From: Callorhinchus milii
Lineage: Eukaryota
Direction: 5' to 3'
Length of the DNA stretch: 64,000 nt
Assembly (NCBI RefSeq): GCF_018977255.1
Contig: NW_024704761.1
Coordinates: 1,302,001 to 1,366,000 of the forward strand
Part shown: positions 1 to 10,325 of the stretch, piece after piece
How the letters are laid out: each line of letters opens with the position of its first letter
How positions within the stretch are numbered: position 1 is the stretch's first letter
Made by a program: the position numbers and the translations under genes
Notes under the pieces: generated by a model
Database searches by the model: none
What the model was told of the DNA's origin: nothing
Seen by the model: only the letters and a program-made list of their open reading frames with translations

Positions 1-260
1 AAGGCGCTATTACAAATGCAAGGATTATTATTATACCAATTCATAGAATTACAGTTTGCAGCAGAAAAACGTAGAGTGAGGATGTGTGGATGAGTTTATT
101 AATATATTGTTTTAGCATTGGAGATAGTGATGCAGAATTCTTGTTTGTTCTGCAGCAGTGGGATTGGTAGGTTAGATTCACTTTTCTCATTTACGCTTTT
201 TTGATCAGTTTGTGCAATTTCATTTCCCACTCTTAAAACAGTTTAGTAAGACTCACTTAC

Positions 261-313
261 GCAGTCGTGAGATGCAATTATACTGCAACTGGAGGTTTTG
301 GAGCTCTTGCAAC
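261..313 (-). CDS. SDS22-like LRR gene, exon 5 (LQELQNLQLQYNCISRL); gene continues beyond window start
   Basis: Acceptor ttttaattatag|G, donor C|GTAAGT (an alternative GTGAGT lies 4 nt further on); phase 2 entry matches exon 4 and continues the 22-aa LRR register. Confidence 0.85.
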
Positions 314-414
314 CTATAATTAAAAGATAAATTATTACGTGATAACAATTAACAATCTCCAGTCCCACACATACACAATAAATAGCTCAAATTATTTACA
401 AATATTTTTTTTAA

Positions 415-592
415 AAATTGGTCAATTCATTCCACGACTGTTTGTGGGGACGCTGCTGTGCACTATTGGCTGCTTCGTTTCGCCCACAAAATATACAGTT
501 AATTCACTTTACAGTATATTCTGTGAAGTGCTTTGAGACGTTTCAGACGTGATAAGGCACTGTATCAAATACAAGGATTATTATTATTATTA
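415..592 (+). mobile_element. SINE 3' half (central conserved domain plus L2-type tail, (TTA)n end)
   Basis: Same sequence as the copies at 54272 and 57134, which carry the tail ending AAATGCAAGGATTATTATT. Confidence 0.8.
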
Positions 593-721
593 CTTCACTG
601 TACCAATTTATTCCCCTATACCAATTGCCTCTATATGAACTCTGCCACAGAGTTAGGCATATATAAAATGCACTACATCAAATGCAAGGATTATTAATAT
701 TTATTATTATTAGTGGCTCAC

Positions 722-852
722 CTGTCTAGATTCTTGATTTCCCTGATCTTGTTATCATAGAGTTTGAGCTCTGTAATTCCACAATTATTCTCTAAACTCT
801 CAATTTCTTCTATGAAATTACACGAGAAATCCAAAGTGTTCAATCCAGATAG
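722..852 (-). CDS. SDS22-like LRR gene, exon 4 (LSGLNTLDFSCNFIEEIESLENNCGITELKLYDNKIREIKNLD)
   Basis: Acceptor tattttgctacag|, donor AG|GTGAGC; 131 nt; two LxxLxLxxNxIxxIxxL (SDS22-class) repeats. Confidence 0.88.
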
Positions 853-1612
853 CTGTAGCAAAATAAATTCCAGGTTTTTCAAATGTACTTCAACCCTTTC
901 ACGAGACAGAAAATGGATTTGTTGTCTTAGATCACTTTACAGTGTATCCTGTCAAGCGCTTTGAGTCGTCTCAAAGATGTGATAAGGTGCTATATTAAAC
1001 GCAAGGATTATTATTATTATCAGTAATTGCTTCAGGTCTCCACTAAAGTAAGAAAGCACGTCAGATATGTGTAGGTCTACAGCCAATAGTAGATGTCCAC
1101 AAACACTTACCACATCGCTGAATTAATCCACCTTCAGCCTGACTATACAAAAGTAATAAACATTACATAGCAAACACTGAGGTAGAGGTGGGTTGGGAGG
1201 GGGCACAGGAGGGAAAAGGGTTAAGCAAACAGGCAAAACTGTATTTGCTTCCAAATGCACAGGGAATACTGATCTTTAATAGTTTTCTTCCCTGGGATTA
1301 GCAGGTCAATTAACTTCTTTCCTAGTCGATACTTTCCCACTATTTCTGCAAACCAGACTGATATCTGAAGTGTTTTTAGTGTGGATCTAATACTTAGCAA
1401 AGTTAACAAGAGTAATTGTTACAATAATAATTGAATAAATTGACCATGCATGTCCAACCTGGGACAAGGGCTGACCTGGGAAGCAATCTGAATCTCTCAA
1501 AGTACTCAAAAAATACAAGCTTTTCCGACGACTCAGAAACAGTTTCACCCAGTCACTTATTCAATTAAAGTAGCTTTAGGCAAAATACTGTTATTGAATG
1601 GCAAGCACGTAC

Positions 1613-1693
1613 TCGCTTGAGCTTCTGTATCTTCTTCGTTCCTTTTCCATGCAATTCAATGGTATTGTCATTTAAACAGTCCGGTTCTGGAGC
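1613..1693 (-). CDS. SDS22-like LRR gene, exon 3 (APEPDCLNDNTIELHGKGTKKIQKLKR)
   Basis: Acceptor ttttgttttctgaag|, donor CGA|GTACGT; 81 nt, phase 0-0; provides the first LRR-like unit in 22-aa register with exon 4. Confidence 0.75.
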
Positions 1694-2210
1694 CTTCAGA
1701 AAACAAAAATCTAGTTAAAATACGTTCAAAATTATCTACACAGTATAGTAGCGACGAATGGTCAGGCAGAAAGTAACTCCCAAGTTGCATTTAATACTCC
1801 TCCGATACTGAGTTTTCAACATTAAATGTGAAGATTTAAATACTAAAATAAGACCAAGCTCTGAAGTGAATGTTTCCCACTTATTAAGAGGAGTTAGTAC
1901 TGCTCAGCGGTGACCATTATCACCAAAGGTCTGACAATGCTGTTCATTCTTATCGCTGCAATCGAAGGCAACCATTAAGTGCGGTACACAGTAAAACTCG
2001 CAGAGGTCATATCAGTCAGGATATTAACATTTAATATGACTTGCGCTTTGAGGCATTTCGGCGCTATGCAGGCGCGCGCGCGCCATCAATTGCAAGGATT
2101 AATATTATTGCTGTTATCATCATCATTATTAATGTCCTGCGGTCATTTGAGTTCATGGAGGGGAGGGGGAGGGGGAAAGAATTACAGGTGGAAATATTAT
2201 AGGGTAATAC

Positions 2211-2340
2211 CAGGTCCTTCGGGGCAGCCTTGTGATATGCAGCGATGTCCTGAACACAGGCGGAATGTTTCTCTCCGGAATGGATTGAGGTGTTGGAGCG
2301 ACTGCCACGAGCTCTTCTCATTGTGGCGCGGGGCAGCCCC
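2211..2340 (-). CDS. SDS22-like LRR gene, probable exon 2 (GLPRATMRRARGSRSNTSIHSGEKHSACVQDIAAYHKAAPKDL)
   Basis: Acceptor tttccccag|G, donor CTG|GTATTA (weak); 130 nt, open, enters in phase 2 and exits in phase 0, joining exons 1 and 3 in frame. Confidence 0.55.
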
Positions 2341-2363
2341 CTGGGGAAATGAATCAAAGTGTG

Positions 2364-2365
<2 letters not shown>

Positions 2366-2397
<32 letters not shown>

Positions 2398-2958
2398 GCA
2401 TAATAATATTGCTACCACTGTTGTTATTGTGACTGTTATTGTTCACTAATATTAACGGCACTATTCATTCTAGTATTGCTGTTGTGGTTCAGATTACATT
2501 ATCGAAGGCATTAATGTCATTGTTGTTATTAAGATTATGATAGCGCCACTTGTCTCGTTATTATTGTTATGATTATTAATATTTTTTATTGTTATTGTTG
2601 TATTATTAATATTGATATTATTATTAATATTATTGTTATTATTGCTAACATTATTATGGTTGTTGTTATCAGTGTTATTGATATTATTGATATTATTAAC
2701 ATTATTATTGTTGTTGCTGTTATTGTATTATTGTTATGGTTATTATTGTTGTCATTAATATTATTGGCGTTATTAATATTATTGTTGTTATTACTTATTA
2801 TTGTTATTATTATTTGTTATTGTTATTATTTGTTATTTGTTATTGTTGTTATTTGTTATTGTTGTTATTTGTTATTGTTGTTATTTGTTATTGTTGTTAT
2901 TTGTTATTGTTGTTATCTGTTATTGTTGTTATCTGTTATTGTTGTTGTTATTGTATTA
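2366..2958. repeat. (TTA/TTG)n low-complexity tract, including a ~16-bp tandem unit TGTTATTGTTGTTATT at ~2810-2955
   Basis: Directly visible; explains the hydrophobic pseudo-ORFs in the track. Confidence 0.9.
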
Positions 2959-3021
2959 CGGTGTCTGTGGGGAATTCGCACTGAGTTTAGCATCGGGAAA
3001 GCTTCAGACCTGCTGCTGCTG

Positions 3022-3165
3022 CCCGACCCCCCGACACCCGACACCCCGGGCCCCGGCCCCGACACCCCGGGCCCCGACACCCGACACCCCGGGCCCCGAC
3101 ACCCCGACACCCGACACCCCGACACCCCGGCCCCGCCCCCGCGGGCCCCGACACCCCGGGCCCCG
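3022..3165. repeat. C-rich minisatellite (CCCCGACAC / CCCCGGG units)
   Basis: Directly visible tandem units; related units recur at 3262-3340. Confidence 0.85.
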
Positions 3166-3177
3166 GCCTTATCCTAC

Positions 3178-3215
3178 CCGAGAGGCCGCGCAGGGAGCCC
3201 CGCGCCAGGAGCCAT
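3178..3215 (-). CDS. SDS22-like LRR gene, probable coding exon 1 (MAPGAGLPARPL+GG)
   Basis: Strong Kozak context gccgccATGG inside a CpG island; donor CTCGG|GTAGGA leaves phase 2, matching the next exon. The downstream ATG in exon 2 (MRRARG) is an alternative start. Confidence 0.5.
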
Positions 3216-3382
3216 GGCGGCCCGGGGAGGGTGGGATGGTGTCTCTTCTCTTAACTGGCCTGACCCCGGCCCCGCGGGCCCCGACACCCCAGGTCCCGGC
3301 CCCGCCGTCCCCGACACCCCAGGCCCCGGCTCCGGCTCCGGCCAGAGGGGAAGCGCCGCTACAGACAGCCCGAGGCCGCCGG

Positions 3383-3920
3383 CGTTACTAGGCCGTTGGC
3401 GGAGGCGTTGCTCAGGGCCGTTGCTAAGGTTTTCTGGAGGCGTTGCTAAGGGCCGTTGCTAGGGTTTGTGGACCCGTTGCTAAGGGCCGTTGCTAGGGTT
3501 TCTGGAGGGGCTGCTGGGGTTTTCTGGAGGCGTTGCTAAGGGCCGTTGCTAGGGTTTCTGGAGACGTGGCTAAGGGCCGTTGCTAGGGTTTCTGGAGGCG
3601 TCGCTAAGGGCCGTTGCTAGGGTTTCTGGAGACGTCGCTAAGGGCCGTTGCTAGGGTTTGTGGACCCGTTGCTAAGGGCCGTTGCTAGGGTTTCTGGAGG
3701 CGTCGCTAAGGGCCGTTGCTAGGGTTTCTGGAGGCGTCGCTAAGGGCCGTTGCTAGGGTTTCTGGAGGCGTCACTAAGGGCCGTTGCTAGGGTTTCTGGA
3801 GGCGTCGCTAAGGGCCGTTGCTAGGGTTTCTGGAGGCGTCGCTAAGGGCCGTTGCTAGGGTTTCTGGAGGCGTCGCTAAGGGCCGTTGCTAGGGCTACTT
3901 AGCGGCGCTGCTCAGGGCCG
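3383..3920. repeat. 34-bp minisatellite GGAGGCGTCGCTAAGGGCCGTTGCTAGGGTTTCT, about 15 units
   Basis: Constant 34-bp period (e.g. 3696 to 3730) with point variants and no unique spacers. Confidence 0.95.
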
Positions 3921-4554
3921 TTCGGCGGGAGTTGGTGCCGAGGCCCCCAGGACAGAAGGCAAAACATTTCTCCCCCAATCTCCTCCGAACGCAAGTTACA
4001 TTTTTTTTTGAGCCTAATCGAGTGGCGACTGGGAGAATCCTCCCGGGACCTTCCTCGCCCGCAAGGCGCACAGTCACCACACTCGACAGCGTGTCCTGTG
4101 AAGCGCTTTGAGACGTCTCGGAGACGTGGCGAGGCGCCGGGTCAAACGCCAGGATCGCTATTATTATTATTACTACTACTACTACGAGACGTTACGCTGA
4201 GCTCCCGTCTGCCTGTTCGGGTTGAACGTTAAAGATCCCGCGGCACCATTACAAGAGAGAAGGGAGCCTCGCTCTCCGGTTGTCCTGGTCAACCATCTCC
4301 CCACCCACCACCCACCCCGTAAAATGTGGTCACTCCCTCCAGCACGGTCGGCCGGAGATGAAAGTCTTCGGCTGTGATTCGCAGGCAGGTCTATCGGGGG
4401 CAAAAGGTGGGGAGGTGAGCGAAGCTTTGATGCTCTGATGGAAGGATGGGGCAGAATGGGCATTCTGGAAATTCGAATGACCCAAAGGGCCCTCCTCAGC
4501 CAAACGTTTCTTGTCGTCTAGCGATCTTGAATATGTAATGGTCATCCGCCCGAC

Positions 4555-4695
4555 CGGCCCCGCCATCGGCGGTCGGGCCTTCAGCCTCTCTGCCCCCACC
4601 CTTTGGAACATCCATCCCACAGTCCCTGCGCCTCGTTCCACCTGCACCTTGGGAAGTCCTCCCGACGTGAAAGGCCCCGTACAAATGTAATGTTT
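4555..4695 (+). mobile_element. L2 LINE 3' fragment
   Basis: Encodes IGGRAFSLSAPTLWN, an L2 ORF2 C-terminal motif, followed by the tail ...TCCCGACGTGAAAGG. Confidence 0.7.
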
Positions 4696-6539
4696 TTTTT
4701 ATTGCATTGTGTTCCTGAATTGTGAATTAAATTCCGCTGTTGTAATGCTCCATTCCCCCCACAGGGCCATGCTAACGTGTTTACAACAGCAGAGGTTCAG
4801 CTCGGAAAGTCAGCTGAAGCGATTTTACCGAATGTTTCATCGCCAGCGTTGGTAAACAACCATCGGAGCAGCTCTTCCGATGGCTCTGTTGGTAAATCGC
4901 CGCGCAATCGGAAACTGAGCTGTACTGTACTATATTGACCAGGAAGTTACCAGGTTTAATGCTGACGTGTGTACGATAACAATAATCCTTGCATTGGATG
5001 TAGAGCCCCATCACGTCTTCAAGACGTCTCCAAGCGCTTCACGGAATATACTGTAAAGTGAATTGACTATGTTTTGTGGGTGAATGATTCAGCTCAGCTG
5101 GTCTGTCATTAACAGTCCCTTGGAGGAGAGCAAGCCTGCGGAGGAGGAAGGAGAGAGACTATTTTTAGAAAGCAATGTGACCTTCTTAAACATTCCTCAG
5201 TGACATTACAATACTATTATACTGTCCTATTTATAAACTGCAATTTCCTAATAATACTTTTTATATACATAGTATTTAAAGAACTTGCAAGATCCAAAAC
5301 ACATCTTCTGGTGAATTGTGTTTAACACACGAGGAAAAAATAATAATTGCCCTTCACTGAATCCAGACATAATTGAAGCTAACATCCAAACACAATAAGA
5401 AGGGAACAATTCTATAATTGGGTGAGCACAATCACAAATTTTATTCACGATGGATTTTGCAACAAATATGTATCTTGAGGGTTCAATGATGGATTGGTAC
5501 CCTTATATAAATATTTATATCTGCCAAAAACTAGTAAATGTGCATTGAAAAAATATTTAAGAATAGGGTTGTGTTTACATGTTGAAAAACATGTTGCAGT
5601 ATGTTGTGGCAGCTTATCGGGTCTTTCTGTGATGACTGATTTTTTGGAACTGCAAGTGAATAATTGATGCAATAATTAAACCTTAACGTATCAAAGGAAG
5701 GAATGAAGGGGAAAAGCAATAGATTGGCTTGAAGTCATTACGAGAAATAGGCTTCCTCATACAATACCTGTTAAATATACAAACACGTCTTTTTTTTAGT
5801 AAACTAAGAACTATTCGAGGAACTCCTGATTAAAAATCAGAAATACTGTAGTTTGGCTGAAGGTGACTGACTTAATAACAATACTAAGTCCAAAAAATAG
5901 CATATTAAAATCTGAATAATACCAATGCTAAAAGTATAACATTAATATGTTCAATTTGCCTTTGTTCATTATATTAATATATTAACAATTGGCAATACAA
6001 ACCAATAAATGAACATCAAAGTTATTCAAATAACAAAATTAGCAATAACATACAATGTTACAAAATAATTTTAAAATATTAATCAGCTAAATAACAAGAA
6101 TATATCTGCAATAATCATTAATTATAAATATGAAACCACTAGTAACAGTAATAATATAACTGTAAATTTGTTGTTGTAATATAACACCAATAATAGTAAT
6201 TTTAGCAAATACAATAATCATTACATCTTTGCATGTCAAAGCACTTCACAGGATTTACTGCAAGTGCTCCAAGATGCCACCTTGCATGAAGGGCACAATA
6301 TTACAGTGAATGCAAATTGTTGTTGTTACAAAGTGCAGTGACTATAGTTTGTAGGCAACCAAGGCAGCAAATCTGCACATAGCACAACAACGTTCCAGAA
6401 ATTGTCTGGAAGTGAATGATCCATTTTATCTGGAGAATTATTGGCAAGGACACACCAGGGTACATCATCATCAATAAGAACCAAATAGAAATATAACTAA
6501 GAGTAGCAAGAATGACTCCCACAGTGACTCAACTATTGG

Positions 6540-6700
6540 AGAGAGGAATGTGAGTTAACGTTTCAGGTCGATAACCTTTCTTTCCTCAGAACTGGGGGAT
6601 GTTGGAAGGGAGCAGTGTATAAGAACGAACAGAGAAGGGGCTGAGGAAGAAAGACAAAGTGGGGGGTGGGGAAAAAAAGGTGTATTACAGGAGATAATGA
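6540..6700 (-). mobile_element. Penelope-like element terminal fragment with a degenerate minimal hammerhead ribozyme
   Basis: Minus strand reads AGTT CTGAGGA aagaa AGGT tatcg ACCT GAAA CGTT AACT. The Penelope assignment relies on the known association of minimal hammerheads with these elements. Confidence 0.55.
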
Positions 6701-7049
6701 GATCAATAAGAGTAAGGAAAATGATAAGGTTAGTAATTAGTATAATGTATAACTAATAGAGCTCATTAATCAATGATCAGACTTTATAGCTAATACTAAA
6801 TCATTAATCATAATCTGCTCTGTGATTTGGGGTTTTCCCTGTAACTGACTGGGAGTGGGTGTGGGGCTGCACCCCCGCGCTTTGGGACGTCTTTCCGACA
6901 TGAAAGGCGCTATATAAATGCAATTTGTTGTTGTTTGAGAATAGCAGCTGCGTTATCAATGTGAGGGCTGTGCTGCGAGTGTAACAGCTGCACTTTTGCT
7001 GGGGTGGAGTTTACACTGCGAGCGTGGGGTTACACTATAGCTGAGTGTA

Positions 7050-7590
7050 GGAACTATGCACAACGAGAGTAAGGGTCGCACTAATATCTGGATGCAAGGA
7101 GCCGGCGCTCTGAGTGTAGAAGTTGCACAGGCAGTGTCTGAGCTGGGTCCAGGAGCTGCTCTGGCACAACCCGCACAGGGCGCACCCAAAACTGACGTAC
7201 AGAAGGACGCTCGAGATGTAACCAAAGAGCGTCCTGAAAATGTACGTACGTTAAACATGTGCCCATACGGCGCACATCGGCGCACCTTCCGAAAGCGGCA
7301 AGAGCGCCTTACCAGGGTGTGCGCGGGCGGGCGGGCGCGCACATGGATTTGGTGTACACAGGGGCGACTCCCGACTGTGTTAAAGGGAGCGTCCCCCAAA
7401 ATAACGTGTGCACAACCTATGTGCGGGGGAGGAATGTACCGTAAACAACAGAATGCTTTTTGCATCGGGAGAAAAGGGGGAAAAAAAATTGTAACAGACG
7501 ATGTCGTGTTTGTTTTGGATTTCTGCTGTACTAAATATTATATTTGTAAATAAATATATTTGTGAATAAATATATATATTTTCAAAATAG
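7050..7590 (+). mobile_element. Possible degenerate L1/Tx1 3' end
   Basis: Weak resemblance to the Tx1 ORF2 C-terminus (DVQKDA versus DYVLRDA) and an end in GAATAAATATATATATTTTCAAAA. From memory, not verified. Confidence 0.3.
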
Positions 7591-7649
7591 AAGTCTGAGC
7601 CGGGTCCAAGGATTTGTGTGTGAGCGCAGGGGCTTCAGTTTATAATAAC

Positions 7650-8095
7650 AATAATAATCCTTGTATTTGACACAGCGCCTCATTTCACGTCGTCGAGACG
7701 TCTCAAAGCGCTTCACAGGATACACTAAAGTGGATTAACTGTGTGTCTGTTTGTGGGTGAAATGCGGCAGTCGATGGCGCGCGGCAGCCCACAGCGCGCG
7801 GCAGCCCCCGGCGAACGGCAGCCCACAGCGCGCGGCAGCCCCCGGCGCGCGGCAGCCCCCAGCGCGTGGCGGTAGCCCCCGGCGAGTGGCGGCAGCCCCC
7901 GGCGCGTGGCGGTAGCCCCCGGCGCACGGCAGCCCCCGGCGCGTGGCGGTAGCCCCCGGCGCGTGGCGGTAGCCCCCGGCGCGTGGCGGTAGCCCCCGGC
8001 GCGTGGCGGTAGCCCCCGGCGCGTGGCGGTAGCCCCCGGCGCGCGGCAGCCCAACTCTAACCCACAAACAATCGTGGATCGAGTGACCAAATTCT
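7650..8095 (-). mobile_element. SINE 3' half interrupted by the 20-bp minisatellite
   Basis: Reverse-complement tail AATAATCCTTGTATTTGA at 7652; SINE sequence resumes after the array as CCCACAAACAATCGTGGATCGAGTGACCAAATT. Confidence 0.75.
7776..8051. repeat. 20-bp GC-rich minisatellite GGCGCGTGGCGGTAGCCCCC
   Basis: Directly visible, with shorter variant units at the left end. Confidence 0.95.
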
Positions 8096-8172
8096 CATTA
8101 TTTTGGGGAAGGGATTATTACTCCCATATGTTTTTCCTGTGAGAGTAGAGGTGGCATTATATAGCTGGGGAA

Positions 8173-8219
8173 TGGGGGGGGGGGGGGGGGGGGGGGGGAG
8201 GGGGGGGGGGGGGGGGGGT

Positions 8220-8252
<33 letters not shown>

Positions 8253-8817
8253 GCAAAGGAGTGGGTGCTGTGAGGGTGGGGGGCAGTATATATATAGGTG
8301 GGGGAGGCAGGCAGTGGGTGCTGTGAGGGTGGGGGGGCAGTATATATATATATATAGGTGGGGGGGCAGTGTATATATATATATATATAGGTGGGGGGAC
8401 AATATATATATATATATAGGTGGGGGGGCAGGCAGTGGGTGCTGTGAGGGTGGGGGGGGCAGTATATATATATATATAGGTGGGGGGGCAGTGTATATAT
8501 ATATATATATATATAGGTGGGGGGACAATATATATATATATATAGGTGGGGGGGGCAGGCAGTGGGTGCTGTGAGGGTGGGGGGGGCAGGCAGTGGGTGC
8601 TGTGAGGGTGGGGGGCAGTATATATATAGGTGGGGGGGGCAGGCAGTGGGTGCTGTGAGGGTGGGGGGGGCAGTATATATATATAGGGGGGGGGGCAGGC
8701 AGTGGGTGCTGTATAGGTGGGGGGGCAGTGTATATATATATATATATATATAGGTGGGGGGGCAGGCAGTGGGTGCTGTGAGGGTGGGGGGGCAGTATAT
8801 ATATATATAGGTGGGGA
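8173..8817. repeat. Poly-G run (8173-8251) followed by a composite G-run/(TA)n minisatellite
   Basis: Repeated units of GGCAGGCAGTGGGTGCTGTGAGGGTG(G)n CAG(TA)n GGTG(G)n. Confidence 0.9.
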
Positions 8818-9850
8818 CGGGCGCTGCGCTGTGGGCACTTGACCTGCAGTTGCGGTAACAGACCGGCGGCGGCGCTGTGGTGTCAAGTCAGTCAGTCAGT
8901 CGGTGGTGGTGGTGGCGGCGGCGGCGCGCGGGCGGGCGGTTGGTTCGGGGCAGCGACGATAAAAGCAGCGGCGCGAGGCGAGCGCGAGGGCAGTGCAGCG
9001 CAGCGCGGAGCGGAGCGGAGGAGCAGCGGCGGCGGAGGCGGAGGAGGAGGAGGCGGAGGAAGACAACGACGACGCCGCCGCCAACCCACCCAACCCACTC
9101 CCCCACCTACACCCGGGGCCTTAGGCCGTGCGCCCGCCCGCCACCCGATGAGGGAGGGAGTGGGGGTGAGGCAGGCATGAGGCAGGCCAGCCCGCAGTAA
9201 CCGCACACCCCGCCCGCCCGCCCGCCCGCCTCACACTAGACTCGTCGTCGTCGTCTTCCTCCTCCTCCCCACCCCCCCCCCCCCCACCCCACCCCCGGCC
9301 GCCATCATCATCATCATCATCATCATCACCCATCACCTCAGCCGCCGTTTTTAATCGGGGCGGCGGCTCCTGCTGCAGGAGGAGGAGGAGGAGTGGGGGG
9401 ACAGCGCGAGAGGTGCCGTGTGTGGTTGGGGGGGGGGGTTCGGGCTCAGGTACCTCAGTACCTCCTCACCCTCCTCACCTCCCTCCCTCATTGTTATCTC
9501 CCCCCTCTCTCTCTCTCTCTCGCCCTCTCTCTCTCTCACACACTCTCTCTCTCTTATTCTTCTATATTTTTATTCCGATCTGCCCCCACCCACCCACCAC
9601 CCACTCCCCTCCCTCCCTCCCTCCCTCACCCCCCCCCCCCACCCACCACCTCCATATATCACCCATCATCTTAATCTCCGGCCGCGGGAGGGAAGATGTT
9701 GGCCGGGGCCAAGGACAACCCCTGCCGCAAGTTCCAGGCCAACATCTTCAACAAGAGCAAATGTCAGAACTGCTTCAAGCCCCGGGAGGTGCACTTACTG
9801 ACGGACGAGGACTTGAACCAGGTCAGAGCCCCCCCACCCCCACCCCCACC
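8815..9850 (+). promoter_or_regulatory. CpG island / promoter and 5'UTR of the MPRIP-like gene
   Basis: CpG-rich with GGC/GGA, CAT and CT tracts, directly upstream of ATG 9696; GATAAAAG at 8958 lies ~33 nt before a CAGT initiator-like site at 8991. Confidence 0.75.
9696..9821 (+). CDS. MPRIP-like: MPRIP/TRIOBP/outspread-family gene, coding exon 1 (MLAGAKDNPCRKFQANIFNKSKCQNCFKPREVHLLTDEDLNQ)
   Basis: CRKFQANIFNKSKCQNCFKPRE is the characteristic MPRIP N-terminus; donor CAG|GTCAGA, phase 0; within a CpG island. Confidence 0.95.
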
Positions 9851-9989
9851 CCTGTTAAATTACCGTGTGTTCAGAGAGGGAGAGGGAGGGGAGGGGGTGA
9901 CAAAGAGCGGGGGCAGGGGGGTGGAGAATTTAAAAGGTATATATATATTGTAATACCTTTTTCTATTTCTCTTCCATTCATCCCTCCCC

Positions 9990-10325
9990 CCCCCACACAC
10001 ACACACACAATTACCTCCCCCCACACCCAACGCACACATCATTACCCCCCCACCCAACATACACACGCACACATCATTACCTCCCTCCAACATACACAGA
10101 CACACACATCATTACCCCCTCCAACATACACACACATCATTACCCCCACAGGACACACACAATTACCCCCCCCCCCCCCCAACACACACATCATTACCCC
10201 CTCCAACATACACACGCACATCATTACCCCCTCCAACATACACAGACACACACATCATTACCCCCCCCAACACACACATCATTACCCCCAACATACAGAC
10301 ACACCATTACCCCCTCCACACCCAC
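9990..10325. repeat. Minisatellite ACACACATCATTACCCCC(TCCA) in intron 1
   Basis: Directly visible imperfect tandem units. Confidence 0.9.

Larger units (their letters stand above)
3000..4680. promoter_or_regulatory. CpG island / promoter of the minus-strand LRR gene
   Basis: Very high GC and CpG density compared with the CpG-poor flanks; contains the putative start exon. Confidence 0.7.

Noticed and set aside
1895-1956. Extra LRR-gene exon after the acceptor-like ttcgattgcag
   Set aside because: All frames stop quickly and no good donor is present; exons 2 and 3 already join in frame.
2569-3462. Long hydrophobic or Pro-rich ORFs (297 aa, 196 aa)
   Set aside because: Translations of TTA/TTG and C-rich simple repeats, antisense to the LRR gene.
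3383-3920. CRISPR-like array (34-bp period)
   Set aside because: Head-to-tail repeats with no unique spacers, no cas genes, and a vertebrate context.
6956-7553. Overlapping 165-169 aa ORFs as genes or a histone pseudogene
   Set aside because: No recognisable domain in any frame; better explained as GC-rich decayed retroelement sequence.
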